A DNA stretch of 64,000 nucleotides, taken from Candidatus Daviesbacteria bacterium. GTDB taxonomy: Bacteria > Patescibacteriota > Microgenomatia > Daviesbacterales > UBA10151. The translations under genes were made by a program, and so were the position numbers. Shown here one piece after another: positions 1-8,453 of this stretch. The first letter of the stretch is position 1; every line of letters begins with the position of its first letter. Where the stretch lies: positions 610,634-674,633 of the forward strand of contig JAQTZF010000001.1 in the NCBI GenBank assembly GCA_028687915.1. Direction: 5' to 3'. The notes beneath the pieces were generated by a model. That model saw only the letters and a program-made list of their open reading frames with translations. It was not told the origin of the DNA and searched no databases.

Positions 1-1
1 T

Positions 2-2872
2 GATAGATTAAGGATGATTGATACCCCAAATCTTTATATTCGCTCATCAGATGAGATGGCTACTTTATTTAAAGAAATTCCTGATGCTATTTCTAATACT
101 GTGAAGGTTGCTGACTTAACAAATCTGGAGATTCCTTTGGGTAAAGCTTATTTTCCTATTTTTGATATTCCTCAGGGATTATCTGCTATGGATTATTTAA
201 GACAACAGTGTGAAATAGGATTTAAAGAAAAATATCCGGAAGGGTCAAAAAAGCTGCCAGCTACTATGGAAGTGCTGCGAGAGAGATTGGATTATGAACT
301 TTCTGTTATTGAAAAGAAAAACTATCCTACTTATTTTTTGATTGTTTCTGATTTTATAAATTGGTCTCATGATCAAAAGATTATTACTAATACCAGGGGT
401 TCTGCTGCAGGGTCTCTGGTGCTTTTTTGTTTAGGGGTTACAAATATTGATCCAATTGAATACATGCTTCCTTTTGAGAGATTTTTAAATCCATTTAGGC
501 CATCTTTACCCGATATAGATTCTGATATTGCAGATGACCGTCGGGATGATGTTATTCGCTACATTATGGAAAAATATGGTCATGATAAAGTGGCACATAT
601 TATTACCTATGGAACAATGATGGGTCGGGCAGCAATAAGAGATGTAGGGCGGGTTCTGGGGCTTGCTTATGGGCAGGTTGATACAATTGCCAAATTAGTA
701 CCACCTCCAAGACAAGGCTTTCATCAGACCTTAGATGATGCAGTAAAAGAAGTTCCTGAATTAAGTTTGGCTTATAAACAGGATCCGGAAATTAAAGCTT
801 TAATAGACTTGGCTAAAAAAGTTGAAGGAACCATTCGCCATGCTTCTGTGCATGCTGCAGGATTGGTAATTTCCCCCACTGCTTTAACTGATTTTTCCCC
901 AATCCAAAGAGAATCTAAGGGAAATAAAATAGTTACTCAATATGAGATGCATTCAATAGAAGATGTGGGGCTCGTAAAAATGGATATGTTGGGTATTCGG
1001 AATCTTTCGATTTTAGGTAGAGCTGTTGCCATTGTAAAAGATACCCATGGGATAGATATAGATTTAAATAATTTACCTCTTGATGATAAAAAAACATATG
1101 AGCTTTTGGGTAGAGGAGATACAATTGGTCTTTTTCAGCTTGAAGGTGCGGGGATGACTAAATATCTGGTTGATCTAAAGCCTACTAATATTTTTGATAT
1201 TTCTGCTATGGTGGCACTTTACCGACCAGGACCTTTGGCAATTATTCCAGAGTATATTGCCAGAAAACGTGATCCGGGAAAAATAACCTATTTTGACCCC
1301 AGAATGGAAGAATATTTACAAAGATCTTTAGGTCTTTTGGTTTATCAGGATGATGTTTTACTTACAGCTATAAAAATTGCCGGATATGATTGGGAAGAAG
1401 CAGATAAATTTAGAAAAGCCATGGGTAAAAAAATTCCTGCAGAGATGGCAAAACAAAAGGATCATTTTATAACAGGGGCAGTTGCTAATGGGATGGAAAA
1501 GAAAAAAGCAGAAGAGCTTTTTAAGTTAATTGAGCCATTTGCTGCGTATGGATTTAATAAGGCTCATGCTGCCTCGTATGCCATGGTGGCTTATCAAACA
1601 GCTTACATGAAGGCAAACTACACTGCAGAGTTTATGGCTGCTGTGATGACTGCTGAATATGGGGATACAGATAAGATTGCAGCTGCTATGGATGAATGTA
1701 AAAGATTAGGAATAATTGTTTTACCACCAGATGTAAATAAATCAAAAGTTGATTTTACATTACAAAATATAAAGGATCTAACAGCGGATCAATTAAAACG
1801 TCAAATTGGTGAAACAAAAACAGTAGCATATGAAAAAGCTATTATTTTTGGATTATCTGCTATTAAGAACGTGGGTCTACTTGCTATAGAATCTATTCTA
1901 AAATCCAGACAAAAAGGTGAGTTTAAATCTTTGGTTGATCTTTGCAATAGGGTTGATAACCGTTTGGTAAATAAAAAAACTTTAGAAAGTTTAATTAAAT
2001 CAGGAGCAATGGATAGTTTGGGTAGTAGGGCTTCTCAATTATTAGTTTTAGAACAAGTTTTAGAAAAGATTCATCAAAACTCTAAAAAAGCTATCACAGG
2101 ACAGGTGGGATTATTTGGGGAAGAAGAAGGTGTGAATGTAATTAACATTGATTTACCGGAAGTAGAAGAATTAGGTCTTGATGAGATGCTAACTTTTGAA
2201 AAAGATCTATTGGGTTTTTATCTTCATGAACCTCCTTATGTAAAATTGTTAGCACAAGTTGGTAAATATACCTCTTATAAGATTGCAGATATTTCTGAAC
2301 ATATTGTGGGGCAAAAAGTGGTAATCGGAGGAGTCATTGCAGAAGCAAAAAAAGTATTAACAAAAAAGAATCAATCTGAAATGGCTTTTCTAAAGATTTC
2401 AGATTTAACTTCAGAAATTGAAACAGTAGTATTCCCAAAAACTTATGAATTAACCAAGAGTTTTTTAATTAAAGATACTGTAGTAATAATTTGGGGTAAG
2501 GTAGATAGTCGTGAAGATAAGCTGTCTTTAATCATTGATGAAATCACTGCTTTTGATCCAAATTTACCACCAGATCAAATTGGTGATGGTGTTGAAGATA
2601 AAAAATCCTACTCAAGTGAGCCAACTACTTATCGGGATATAGAGATTATGGTTCCACAAGATTGTGCTGTAGAAATCTTACAAAAGGTTAATAAAACACT
2701 TCGGGGTTATCCTGGAAAAAAGAAAGTTGCTATTTTATTACCAAGTGGAGGTTCAAATTTGAGAGTGATGGACTTACCTTTTGGGGTTAATTTAGAGCCT
2801 CTAATGTTGGAAGAATTAGAGCAATTATTGGGTAAAGGAGCGGTTATTGATTTAAGTGTCGTAAAAGGTTAA
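2..2872 (+). CDS. dnaE: DNA polymerase III alpha subunit (5'-truncated by window edge)
   Basis: RGSAAGSL, FERFLNP, PDIDSD, HAAG, YGFNKAHA motifs and C-terminal OB fold. Frame is open back to base 2 and most of the PHP domain is absent. Confidence 0.97.
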   Translation, partial: DRLRMIDTPNLYIRSSDEMATLFKEIPDAISNTVKVADLTNLEIPLGKAYFPIFDIPQGLSAMDYLRQQCEIGFKEKYPEGSKKLPATMEVLRERLDYELSVIEKKNYPTYFLIVSDFINWSHDQKIITNTRGSAAGSLVLFCLGVTNIDPIEYMLPFERFLNPFRPSLPDIDSDIADDRRDDVIRYIMEKYGHDKVAHIITYGTMMGRAAIRDVGRVLGLAYGQVDTIAKLVPPPRQGFHQTLDDAVKEVPELSLAYKQDPEIKALIDLAKKVEGTIRHASVHAAGLVISPTALTDFSPIQRESKGNKIVTQYEMHSIEDVGLVKMDMLGIRNLSILGRAVAIVKDTHGIDIDLNNLPLDDKKTYELLGRGDTIGLFQLEGAGMTKYLVDLKPTNIFDISAMVALYRPGPLAIIPEYIARKRDPGKITYFDPRMEEYLQRSLGLLVYQDDVLLTAIKIAGYDWEEADKFRKAMGKKIPAEMAKQKDHFITGAVANGMEKKKAEELFKLIEPFAAYGFNKAHAASYAMVAYQTAYMKANYTAEFMAAVMTAEYGDTDKIAAAMDECKRLGIIVLPPDVNKSKVDFTLQNIKDLTADQLKRQIGETKTVAYEKAIIFGLSAIKNVGLLAIESILKSRQKGEFKSLVDLCNRVDNRLVNKKTLESLIKSGAMDSLGSRASQLLVLEQVLEKIHQNSKKAITGQVGLFGEEEGVNVINIDLPEVEELGLDEMLTFEKDLLGFYLHEPPYVKLLAQVGKYTSYKIADISEHIVGQKVVIGGVIAEAKKVLTKKNQSEMAFLKISDLTSEIETVVFPKTYELTKSFLIKDTVVIIWGKVDSREDKLSLIIDEITAFDPNLPPDQIGDGVEDKKSYSSEPTTYRDIEIMVPQDCAVEILQKVNKTLRGYPGKKKVAILLPSGGSNLRVMDLPFGVNLEPLMLEELEQLLGKGAVIDLSVVKG

Positions 2873-2882
2873 AATTATCCTC

Positions 2883-3197
2883 ATGATTTCATTTGAATTA
2901 AATAATCTAAATATTCATATCGGCGACACTATTCGTGTTCACTCAACTGTGGTTGAAGGAGCCAAAAGCAGGGTTCAGATTTTTGAAGGAATCTTAATAG
3001 CTTTAGCAGGCAGGGAAGAAAATAAAATGATGACTGTTCGTCATATTGGTACAGGTGGAATGGGAGTAGAAAAAAAATGGCCTTTGAATGCTAAGTCTAT
3101 TGTAAAGATAGAAGTAGTAAAGCACGCTAAAAACGTTAGACGCAGCAAACTTTTTTATCTTAGAAAACTTATTGGTAGAAATGCTACTAGAGTCTAA
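2883..3197 (+). CDS. rplS: 50S ribosomal protein L19
   Basis: GDTIRVH..EG.K.R.Q.FEG and VRRSKLFYLR signatures. Confidence 0.95.
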   Translation: MISFELNNLNIHIGDTIRVHSTVVEGAKSRVQIFEGILIALAGREENKMMTVRHIGTGGMGVEKKWPLNAKSIVKIEVVKHAKNVRRSKLFYLRKLIGRNATRV

Positions 3198-3201
3198 AAA
3201 A

Positions 3202-3314
3202 TAATTTCTAAGTACTAATTTCTAATTAACCTAAATAATTCCCAATCCACAATTATCACATTTGGTTTGGTATTTTGGGTTTATTTAGAAATTAGATTAA
3301 TTAGATCAATTAGG
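3202..3314. repeat. Imperfect intergenic inverted repeat with TAATTTC/GAAATTA-type units
   Basis: CTAATTTCTAA (3215-3225) pairs perfectly with TTAGAAATTAG (3285-3295); left half C-rich, right half G-rich. Confidence 0.55.
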
Positions 3315-3329
3315 TTAATTTAACAATAC

Positions 3330-3941
3330 ATGGTTTGTCCAACTCTTGATATAGAAAAAGAACTTTGGAGTCAAGGTTATAATTTAATCTGTGGTATAGA
3401 TGAAGTTGGAAGAGGCTGTTTTGCAGGTCCAGTTGTAGCTGGTGCAGTAGTTTTTCCTAAAGATATTGTTTTACCAGAAGGTATTGCTGATTCAAAATTA
3501 TTAACCCCTAAAAAAAGAGAAATTTTATCTAAGATTATTAAAGAAGTGGCTCTTTTTTGGGCTGTTGGGGAAATTAGTGTTGAATCTATTAATGAAGTAG
3601 GAATAGGTGTTTCTACTAACCTGGCTTTTTTAGAAGCTATAAAGAACTTAGGTAAAACCCCGGATTATTATTTAATTGATGCTTTTTTTATTAAGGATTT
3701 AGATAAAAAAAATCAAAAACCAATTCCATCTGGTGATAAAATTTGTGCTTCTATTTCTGCTGCTTCAATTATTGCTAAAGTTTATAGAGATGATTTAATG
3801 AGAAAACTTTCTCAGGTTTATCCCCAGTATGGGTTTGAACAAAATAATGGTTATGGAACCAAAGATCACAGGGATGCTTTAAAAAAACATGGACTTTGTG
3901 AGTTTCACAGAACTTCTTTTAACCTGGATAAGTTCCTTTAA
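3330..3941 (+). CDS. rnhB: Ribonuclease HII
   Basis: GIDEVGRG, DSKLL, SAASIIAKV, GYGT, HRTSF motifs. Confidence 0.96.
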   Translation: MVCPTLDIEKELWSQGYNLICGIDEVGRGCFAGPVVAGAVVFPKDIVLPEGIADSKLLTPKKREILSKIIKEVALFWAVGEISVESINEVGIGVSTNLAFLEAIKNLGKTPDYYLIDAFFIKDLDKKNQKPIPSGDKICASISAASIIAKVYRDDLMRKLSQVYPQYGFEQNNGYGTKDHRDALKKHGLCEFHRTSFNLDKFL

Positions 3942-3957
3942 ATGTCATTCGTTTTTC

Positions 3958-4019
3958 TGTCATCCTGATCCACCTCTGGTGGAGAAGGATCTAGATTCTT
4001 CTCTTCGTTCAGAATGACA
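3958..4019. repeat. REP/MITE-like palindromic element (TGTCATCCTGA...TCAGAATGACA)
   Basis: 11-bp imperfect terminal inverted repeat with internal hairpin TCCACC-TCT-GGTGGA. Confidence 0.65.
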
Positions 4020-4040
4020 AAAAGGTGTAATAATATTCTT

Positions 4041-4400
4041 ATGTCTACAGTTGCAGTGGGAAATAAAGGAGAAGATTTAGCTTGTAAGTATTTACAAAAA
4101 TTAGGCTATCAGATTTTAGAGAAAAATTATCGGATAAGAGGTGGGGAAATAGATATAGTAGCAAAGGATAAGGATTATTTAGTATTTATAGAAGTAAAAA
4201 CCAGGTCTTCACATAAGTTTGGTTTACCAGTAGAAGCTATGACTTATTGGAAAATAAAACACTTACTAAAAACAGCCCAGTTTTATATTCAAAAGATAAA
4301 ATGGGGAGATAAACCCTATAGATTAGATTTTATTTCCATAGATTTTGCAGAAAATCCTGATAACCCAAATATAGAGTTAATTAAGAATATTACAGGATAA
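4041..4400 (+). CDS. yraN: YraN family PD-(D/E)xK nuclease
   Basis: G..GEDLA, GEIDIVA, FIEVKTR motifs; follows rnhB as is common. ATG 4041 chosen as start. Confidence 0.92.
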   Translation: MSTVAVGNKGEDLACKYLQKLGYQILEKNYRIRGGEIDIVAKDKDYLVFIEVKTRSSHKFGLPVEAMTYWKIKHLLKTAQFYIQKIKWGDKPYRLDFISIDFAENPDNPNIELIKNITG

Positions 4401-4751
4401 ACTCTCAGTTAATTTTTGAATCATGTCTTCACTGCTTTCATATTCAATAAAAACATTTGAAGCTGTCTTTAAAGTATCTGATATTTTTTTGCCTTTTTTA
4501 TATATACAAATAATTGGAACTTTATATGAGCTTGCCCAACCAAGTTCTATTTTTTGTCCTTCTGAAGGATAAGACACTTCTGCTAATACTAAATCACACT
4601 CTTTCAGGTATTCTTTTGAATTAAATTGCTCCAGGAAGAATTCATGAGGTAAGGTTATTTCATGTAGATTATTTAGCTTCGATTTACGAAGTGGTTGATA
4701 AAGTTCTTTTTGGTAATCAAAGCCTGAGGAATGGGTAACATAGATTTTCAT
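4377..4751 (-). CDS. Nucleoside 2-deoxyribosyltransferase-like protein
   Basis: MKIYV start, CDLVLAEVSYPS.G..IELGWA motif. Confidence 0.7.
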   Translation of the reverse strand: MKIYVTHSSGFDYQKELYQPLRKSKLNNLHEITLPHEFFLEQFNSKEYLKECDLVLAEVSYPSEGQKIELGWASSYKVPIICIYKKGKKISDTLKTASNVFIEYESSEDMIQKLTESLSCNILN

Positions 4752-4753
4752 TA

Positions 4754-5107
4754 TTAAGGTTGGTTATTTCTATTTATTGGTAGGAAATCCTCATAAACTC
4801 TTGGTCCGCCTATTCTATCTGGTTCTAAAAAACGTGTTTTAAATATTGCTCCAAACCCTGTTATTCCAGCTGCTGCAGCCCCTACTATTCTGCACACATT
4901 AATTTCATCCATACCCAGTTTTCTTAAATATTCTGCAGCTAACTCTCCATGACTATCATCTTCATCTTCTCTAAGAAAATATATTTGATAGGCAGCAGCA
5001 TAAGTTAAATTTCCAGCATCAGCTCTAATAGCTTCATGAGGTTCTCCATCCAACTCTTTAATTTGGATAGCAGGTGAGACAAGACCAGTACTTATAATTT
5101 CAGGCAT
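4754..5107 (-). CDS. Hypothetical protein
   Basis: 117-aa ORF co-oriented with its neighbour, downstream of tRNA-Glu; no motif recognised. Confidence 0.55.
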   Translation of the reverse strand: MPEIISTGLVSPAIQIKELDGEPHEAIRADAGNLTYAAAYQIYFLREDEDDSHGELAAEYLRKLGMDEINVCRIVGAAAAGITGFGAIFKTRFLEPDRIGGPRVYEDFLPINRNNQP

Positions 5108-5139
5108 ATTTTTAATCGCTTGGAGACCTTTTTGTTTTG

Positions 5140-5212
5140 TAGCGCCTACGGGATTCGAACCCGTGATTACTGGGATGAAAACCCAGTGTCCTAACCACTA
5201 GACGAAGGCGCC
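5140..5212 (-). tRNA. tRNA-Glu (TTC)
   Basis: Reverse complement GGCGCCT-TC-GTCTAGTGGTTAGGAC-A-CTGGG-TTTTCAT-CCCAG...GGTTCGAATCC...AGGCGCT-A; no encoded CCA. Confidence 0.96.
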
Positions 5213-5226
5213 GTTTTTTTAAATTT

Positions 5227-5316
5227 GCCTTCATCTGCGAGCTATAGCTCTAATGACGAAGGCGCCGTTTTATGAATCCTCTTCGTCTGCGAGGACTTTG
5301 TCCTCTAATGACGAAG
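5227..5316. repeat. Two tandem TGCGA-hairpin-TCT palindromic elements
   Basis: CTTCATC-TGCGA-GCTATAGC-TCT-AAT-GACGAAG and CTTCGTC-TGCGA-GGACTTTGTCC-TCT-AAT-GACGAAG. Confidence 0.85.
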
Positions 5317-5389
5317 GAGTCATACCTGTTATTTTATCAGATTGTGCTTAACTTGACAAATAAGTTTTCACATTGTTTAATAAGTCTTC

Positions 5390-5620
5390 ATGGTAAAGCT
5401 TTTAGCAATTATCCTTGTAATGTTAGTTTTAGTGAGTGGAGCAGTGTATTACTCAAAGAACCAAAACTCAGTGGCTCAAAATTCTGTAAACAAAATAAAC
5501 ACAAATACTGCTGTAGCAAGTGATGAAACACTTGACTCTGACTTATCTGCTTTAGATAGAGATTTATTAGGTTTAGAACAATCAGATACAGTATTAACAC
5601 AGGAGGTTAACGGTTTATGA
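5390..5620 (+). CDS. Small membrane-anchored protein with acidic C-terminal helix (paralog of 20872..21273)
   Basis: N-terminal TM segment; SDETLDSDLSALDRDL motif; stop overlaps next start (ATGA). Confidence 0.75.
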   Translation: MVKLLAIILVMLVLVSGAVYYSKNQNSVAQNSVNKINTNTAVASDETLDSDLSALDRDLLGLEQSDTVLTQEVNGL

Positions 5621-6249
5621 AAAAAATATCCTTAGGTTTAATTCTTGTATTAATGCTTGTATTTACCTTATCTCCTGTTTTGGCTAAAGAAAAAGAAAAT
5701 GAGGATAATGATAGAGAGAATGCAAGAGAAAAAGTACAGGAAATCAAAGAAAAGGTACAAAACTTCTTAGGGGGAAAACCTGAAAAAGTAGGTACTAAAT
5801 CAGCAAGTTCGGCAGCATCTTTAAACAGCAAGAAAGAGGAGAATAAGAAAAGAGTTAGGAATTCTATAACAGCCAGAGTAAATGCTTATACTAAATTAGC
5901 TAGTAGATCTGGTCAGCTTTTAGATAAATTACAAGTCAGAATTGATAGAGCTAAAGATGCCGGAAAAGATACTACAGATTCAGTTAATGCTATGAGAGAT
6001 GCAAGGGCAAAATTAGCTGATGCACAATCTAAATTAACTTCCCTTAAAGCTTTGGTAGGTACAGATTTAGATAAAAATGGATTCAGGGAAGCACAAAAAA
6101 CCCTTCAAGCAGTACACAAAGATTTAAATATTGTTAAACAAGATGCTTCTAAAATAATTAGAAATTTAAAATCTTTTAATTCAAATAAATCTTCCACCAA
6201 ATCAGCAGAAGCCACTTCTTCCTCCTCTTCTGCTAAAGACAGAGATTAA
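5617..6249 (+). CDS. Secreted basic coiled-coil protein (paralog of 21266..22051)
   Basis: Signal peptide ending VLA; KLQVRIDRAKDAGKDTT motif; Ser-rich tail. Confidence 0.85.
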   Translation: MKKISLGLILVLMLVFTLSPVLAKEKENEDNDRENAREKVQEIKEKVQNFLGGKPEKVGTKSASSAASLNSKKEENKKRVRNSITARVNAYTKLASRSGQLLDKLQVRIDRAKDAGKDTTDSVNAMRDARAKLADAQSKLTSLKALVGTDLDKNGFREAQKTLQAVHKDLNIVKQDASKIIRNLKSFNSNKSSTKSAEATSSSSSAKDRD

Positions 6250-6277
6250 CTTTCAAAGTAAAATTACAACTTAAGCT

Positions 6278-6306
6278 TGCCTCCTTAGCTTTGCTGAGGT
6301 AAAATA
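6278..6306 (+). promoter_or_regulatory. Sigma70-type promoter for tRNA-Lys
   Basis: TTGCCT-17 bp-TAAAAT ending ~8 nt before the tRNA. Confidence 0.5.
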
Positions 6307-6314
6307 TACAAATT

Positions 6315-6386
6315 GGGCCGGTAGCTCAGTGGTAGAGCAGGAGACTTTTAATCTCTTGGTCGTGGGTTCGACCCCCACCCGGCTCA
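6315..6386 (+). tRNA. tRNA-Lys (TTT)
   Basis: GGGCCGG-TA-GCTCAGTGGTAGAGC-A-GGAGA-CTTTTAA-TCTCT...GGTTCGACCC...CCGGCTC-A; no encoded CCA. Confidence 0.96.
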
Positions 6387-6390
6387 CAAC

Positions 6391-6421
6391 AAAAAGTGCG
6401 AGGTTTAGCCTCGCTTTTTTG
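6391..6421 (+). terminator. Intrinsic terminator after tRNA-Lys
   Basis: GCGAGG-TTTAG-CCTCGC followed by TTTTTT. Confidence 0.75.
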
Positions 6422-6471
6422 TTTTATGGCGGTCTGGGAGAGAACTATGCGCTCCACACAGTGGTGAAGCA

Positions 6472-6521
6472 GGTTCGAAGACCGAAGGTCGCAAGCTTTG
6501 CTTACCCCCACCCGGCTCACA
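6472..6521 (+). repeat. Duplicate of tRNA-Lys 3' end interrupted by a TGCGA-hairpin element
   Basis: GGTTCGA + AGACCGAAGGTCGCAAGCTTTGCTT + ACCCCCACCCGGCTCACA (18 nt matching the tRNA 3' end). Confidence 0.8.
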
Positions 6522-6590
6522 TTCGAAGACAAGGAGTTCGTAATCTCTTCGGTTAGTTTAAATGGACAGCCTATTTTGGGTTCGAGTAAG

Positions 6591-7064
6591 TTAGGCCTTC
6601 TTAATTATTGAAGCATGGAAACCACCATCATCACCAAAATCTAAATTCAATATTTCTTCTTTTGGCCCCCATTTAGCTTCTACATGTTCATTGCTAAGCT
6701 TAACCTCTGGCTTTTCCCCCTTCACTTTGCATTTGTAACCTAAAGTCATTAATAAAACATTCCCCGCAGTTTGAGTTTTTTTAATTCCAGAGTCTGCAAA
6801 TATTACTTCTACTTCATCGCCCTCCAAACCAGTTTCTTCTCTAAGCTCTCTTTTAATCGTTTCTGCATGAGGTTTGGTTCCAATAACCAAATCATCAGCC
6901 TCCATACTTCCTCCTGGTAAATCCCATTTTCCCAGACGGCCTCCTGGACCACTCTCTGTCCGTCGTATAGATAGAAAATTACCATCCTCATCTACCACCA
7001 CAGCTTTCTGAAGTACTTTAGTATTTAACCAATCGACCCATTCTTTCTTTTCTGACTCAGTCAT
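6591..7064 (-). CDS. NUDIX hydrolase
   Basis: WDLPGG...RELREETGL Nudix box (with a short insertion) and LSNEH motif. Confidence 0.9.
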   Translation of the reverse strand: MTESEKKEWVDWLNTKVLQKAVVVDEDGNFLSIRRTESGPGGRLGKWDLPGGSMEADDLVIGTKPHAETIKRELREETGLEGDEVEVIFADSGIKKTQTAGNVLLMTLGYKCKVKGEKPEVKLSNEHVEAKWGPKEEILNLDFGDDGGFHASIIKKA

Positions 7065-7242
7065 ATCTTAATTATACACTTATAACTCAAAATGATTTAA
7101 TAATTCTTGCCAATTTTGATAAATTCTTAGTCTTCAAAAACATCTGCGTTCGAAATAACGCCACGTCGGCTCACAAACGAAAACTCCCGCGTTTGTAATT
7201 TAACTTACAGCTAAAAATTAAGATCTAACTTATTATCTACCT

Positions 7243-7689
7243 ATGGAAGATCAAAGTCTTTATGAACGCCTGGGAGGAATATATGCAATTGCTGGAGTGG
7301 TAAGTCATTTTAGTGATGCTCTTTTACAAAACCCCAAGATTGTTAACTCAAGCCCTGAATTGAAAGAATGGCATACAGAGAAATATAAGCAAAGACTTGA
7401 TGGGCTTAAGTTTATGAGGACTTTATGGGTGGCTGATGTTACAGGAGGTCCTTTTAAATATACAGGAAAATCATTACATGATGCTCATTTTGATTTACAT
7501 GTCCCACCAGAAGTGTTTGATGAAGTTTCCATGGAACTTGGTAAAGCCCTTGATTATTTTAATGTACCTCAAAAAGAAAAAGATGAAGTACTAGCTGCCT
7601 TTAATGCTCAAAAACCAGATGTAACAGCAGGAGCTCGAGAACAGACAGAACCAAGTTCTGAAAGTTCTAAACCCTCCTATTTATCTTGA
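7243..7689 (+). CDS. Group 1 truncated hemoglobin
   Basis: SLYERLGG, TGGP..YTG.....AH motifs. Confidence 0.88.
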   Translation: MEDQSLYERLGGIYAIAGVVSHFSDALLQNPKIVNSSPELKEWHTEKYKQRLDGLKFMRTLWVADVTGGPFKYTGKSLHDAHFDLHVPPEVFDEVSMELGKALDYFNVPQKEKDEVLAAFNAQKPDVTAGAREQTEPSSESSKPSYLS

Positions 7690-7850
7690 CAAATCAGCCT
7701 AATTGCTTTTAAATGAATCCAGCGTTTATTTTCGGAGATATTAACTCCTGTCCCATGTCTTGCCCTCATGTTTGCCTATTTACTCCGTTTTTAAATTAAT
7801 AACACCATATTCCTGCCGTGTGGTTAAACCATTGAAAGGAGGTGAAATAA

Positions 7851-8393
7851 ATGAAAAGAATTATATTTGCTGCTGTAGTAGCAACCGTTTCCCTTTCCTT
7901 AGTAGCTGTAACAACTTGGGCTGCCTGGACTTCGTCTGTCACAGTAAGCAATAACGTTATAACTACAGGTAGCGTTAACTTAAATGTATCCTTAAATGGC
8001 ACAAATTACAGTAAAGCTGTATCTTCAAATACAACTATTTCCGGTTTAATGCCAGGAGGTAGCAATATTGGTACAGTCTTTTATATTAGAAACGACAGCT
8101 CAGATGGAGTTAATTTTAACTTAGGAGCCGTTGGTACAGGTACTATTTCTGGAGACACACAGCCTGTGGATACAACTAGCTTACAAATAGCTGTTGTCAC
8201 TCATGGTGCTACCCCAGTTGATGCCAATTACCATTCCTTATCTGAATGGTCAACTAATCAATCTTTGGGTACTTTGAATGCAGGCGCAAGCCAGCAATAC
8301 GACGTATATGCCAGATTAAGCGGCACTGCTGCTGATGATTGGCAGGGAAGAACAGTAACTTTTGCTTTTACCGTTACCGGTACACAGCTATAA
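7851..8393 (+). CDS. TasA/CalY-family fibre subunit with SipW-type signal peptide
   Basis: TTWA-AWTSS....NN.ITTGS.NL signal; GLMPGGS..YIRN; WQG...F; strong SD AAAGGAGGTGA. Confidence 0.82.
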   Translation: MKRIIFAAVVATVSLSLVAVTTWAAWTSSVTVSNNVITTGSVNLNVSLNGTNYSKAVSSNTTISGLMPGGSNIGTVFYIRNDSSDGVNFNLGAVGTGTISGDTQPVDTTSLQIAVVTHGATPVDANYHSLSEWSTNQSLGTLNAGASQQYDVYARLSGTAADDWQGRTVTFAFTVTGTQL

Positions 8394-8417
8394 AGACTTG
8401 TTTTTCCTGTCTTTTTG

Positions 8418-8443
8418 GGAGCCAAATGAATTCATTTGGCTCC
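8418..8443. promoter_or_regulatory. Perfect 26-bp palindrome between tasA-like gene and sipW
   Basis: GGAGCCAAATGAA|TTCATTTGGCTCC. Confidence 0.75.
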
Positions 8444-8453
8444 TTATAAAGTT

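Noticed and set aside
2-2872. Intein or split in dnaE
   Set aside because: No intein motifs; the short length is due to the window edge.
5227-5316. Tandem repeats with a variable centre as a mini CRISPR array
   Set aside because: Only two units, variable parts are 8-11-nt hairpins, and there are no cas genes.
5272-5523. 83-aa ORF overlapping the repeats and the 5390 gene
   Set aside because: Runs through palindromic repeats; the 5390 frame has a TM segment and a paralog.
6397-6414. tRNA-Lys terminator as another TGCGA element
   Set aside because: Begins TGCGA but closes with TCGC and a T tract; adequately explained as a terminator.
6428-6521. Second tRNA or intron-containing tRNA downstream of tRNA-Lys
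   Set aside because: No matching acceptor 5' strand, D arm or anticodon arm could be built; only the 3' end is tRNA-like.
6326-6556. ORFs 6326..6532 (-) and 6329..6556 (+)
   Set aside because: They overlap tRNA-Lys and its repeats; spurious.
7700-7850. c-di-GMP riboswitch upstream of the tasA-like gene
   Set aside because: No GEMM-type consensus could be identified by eye.
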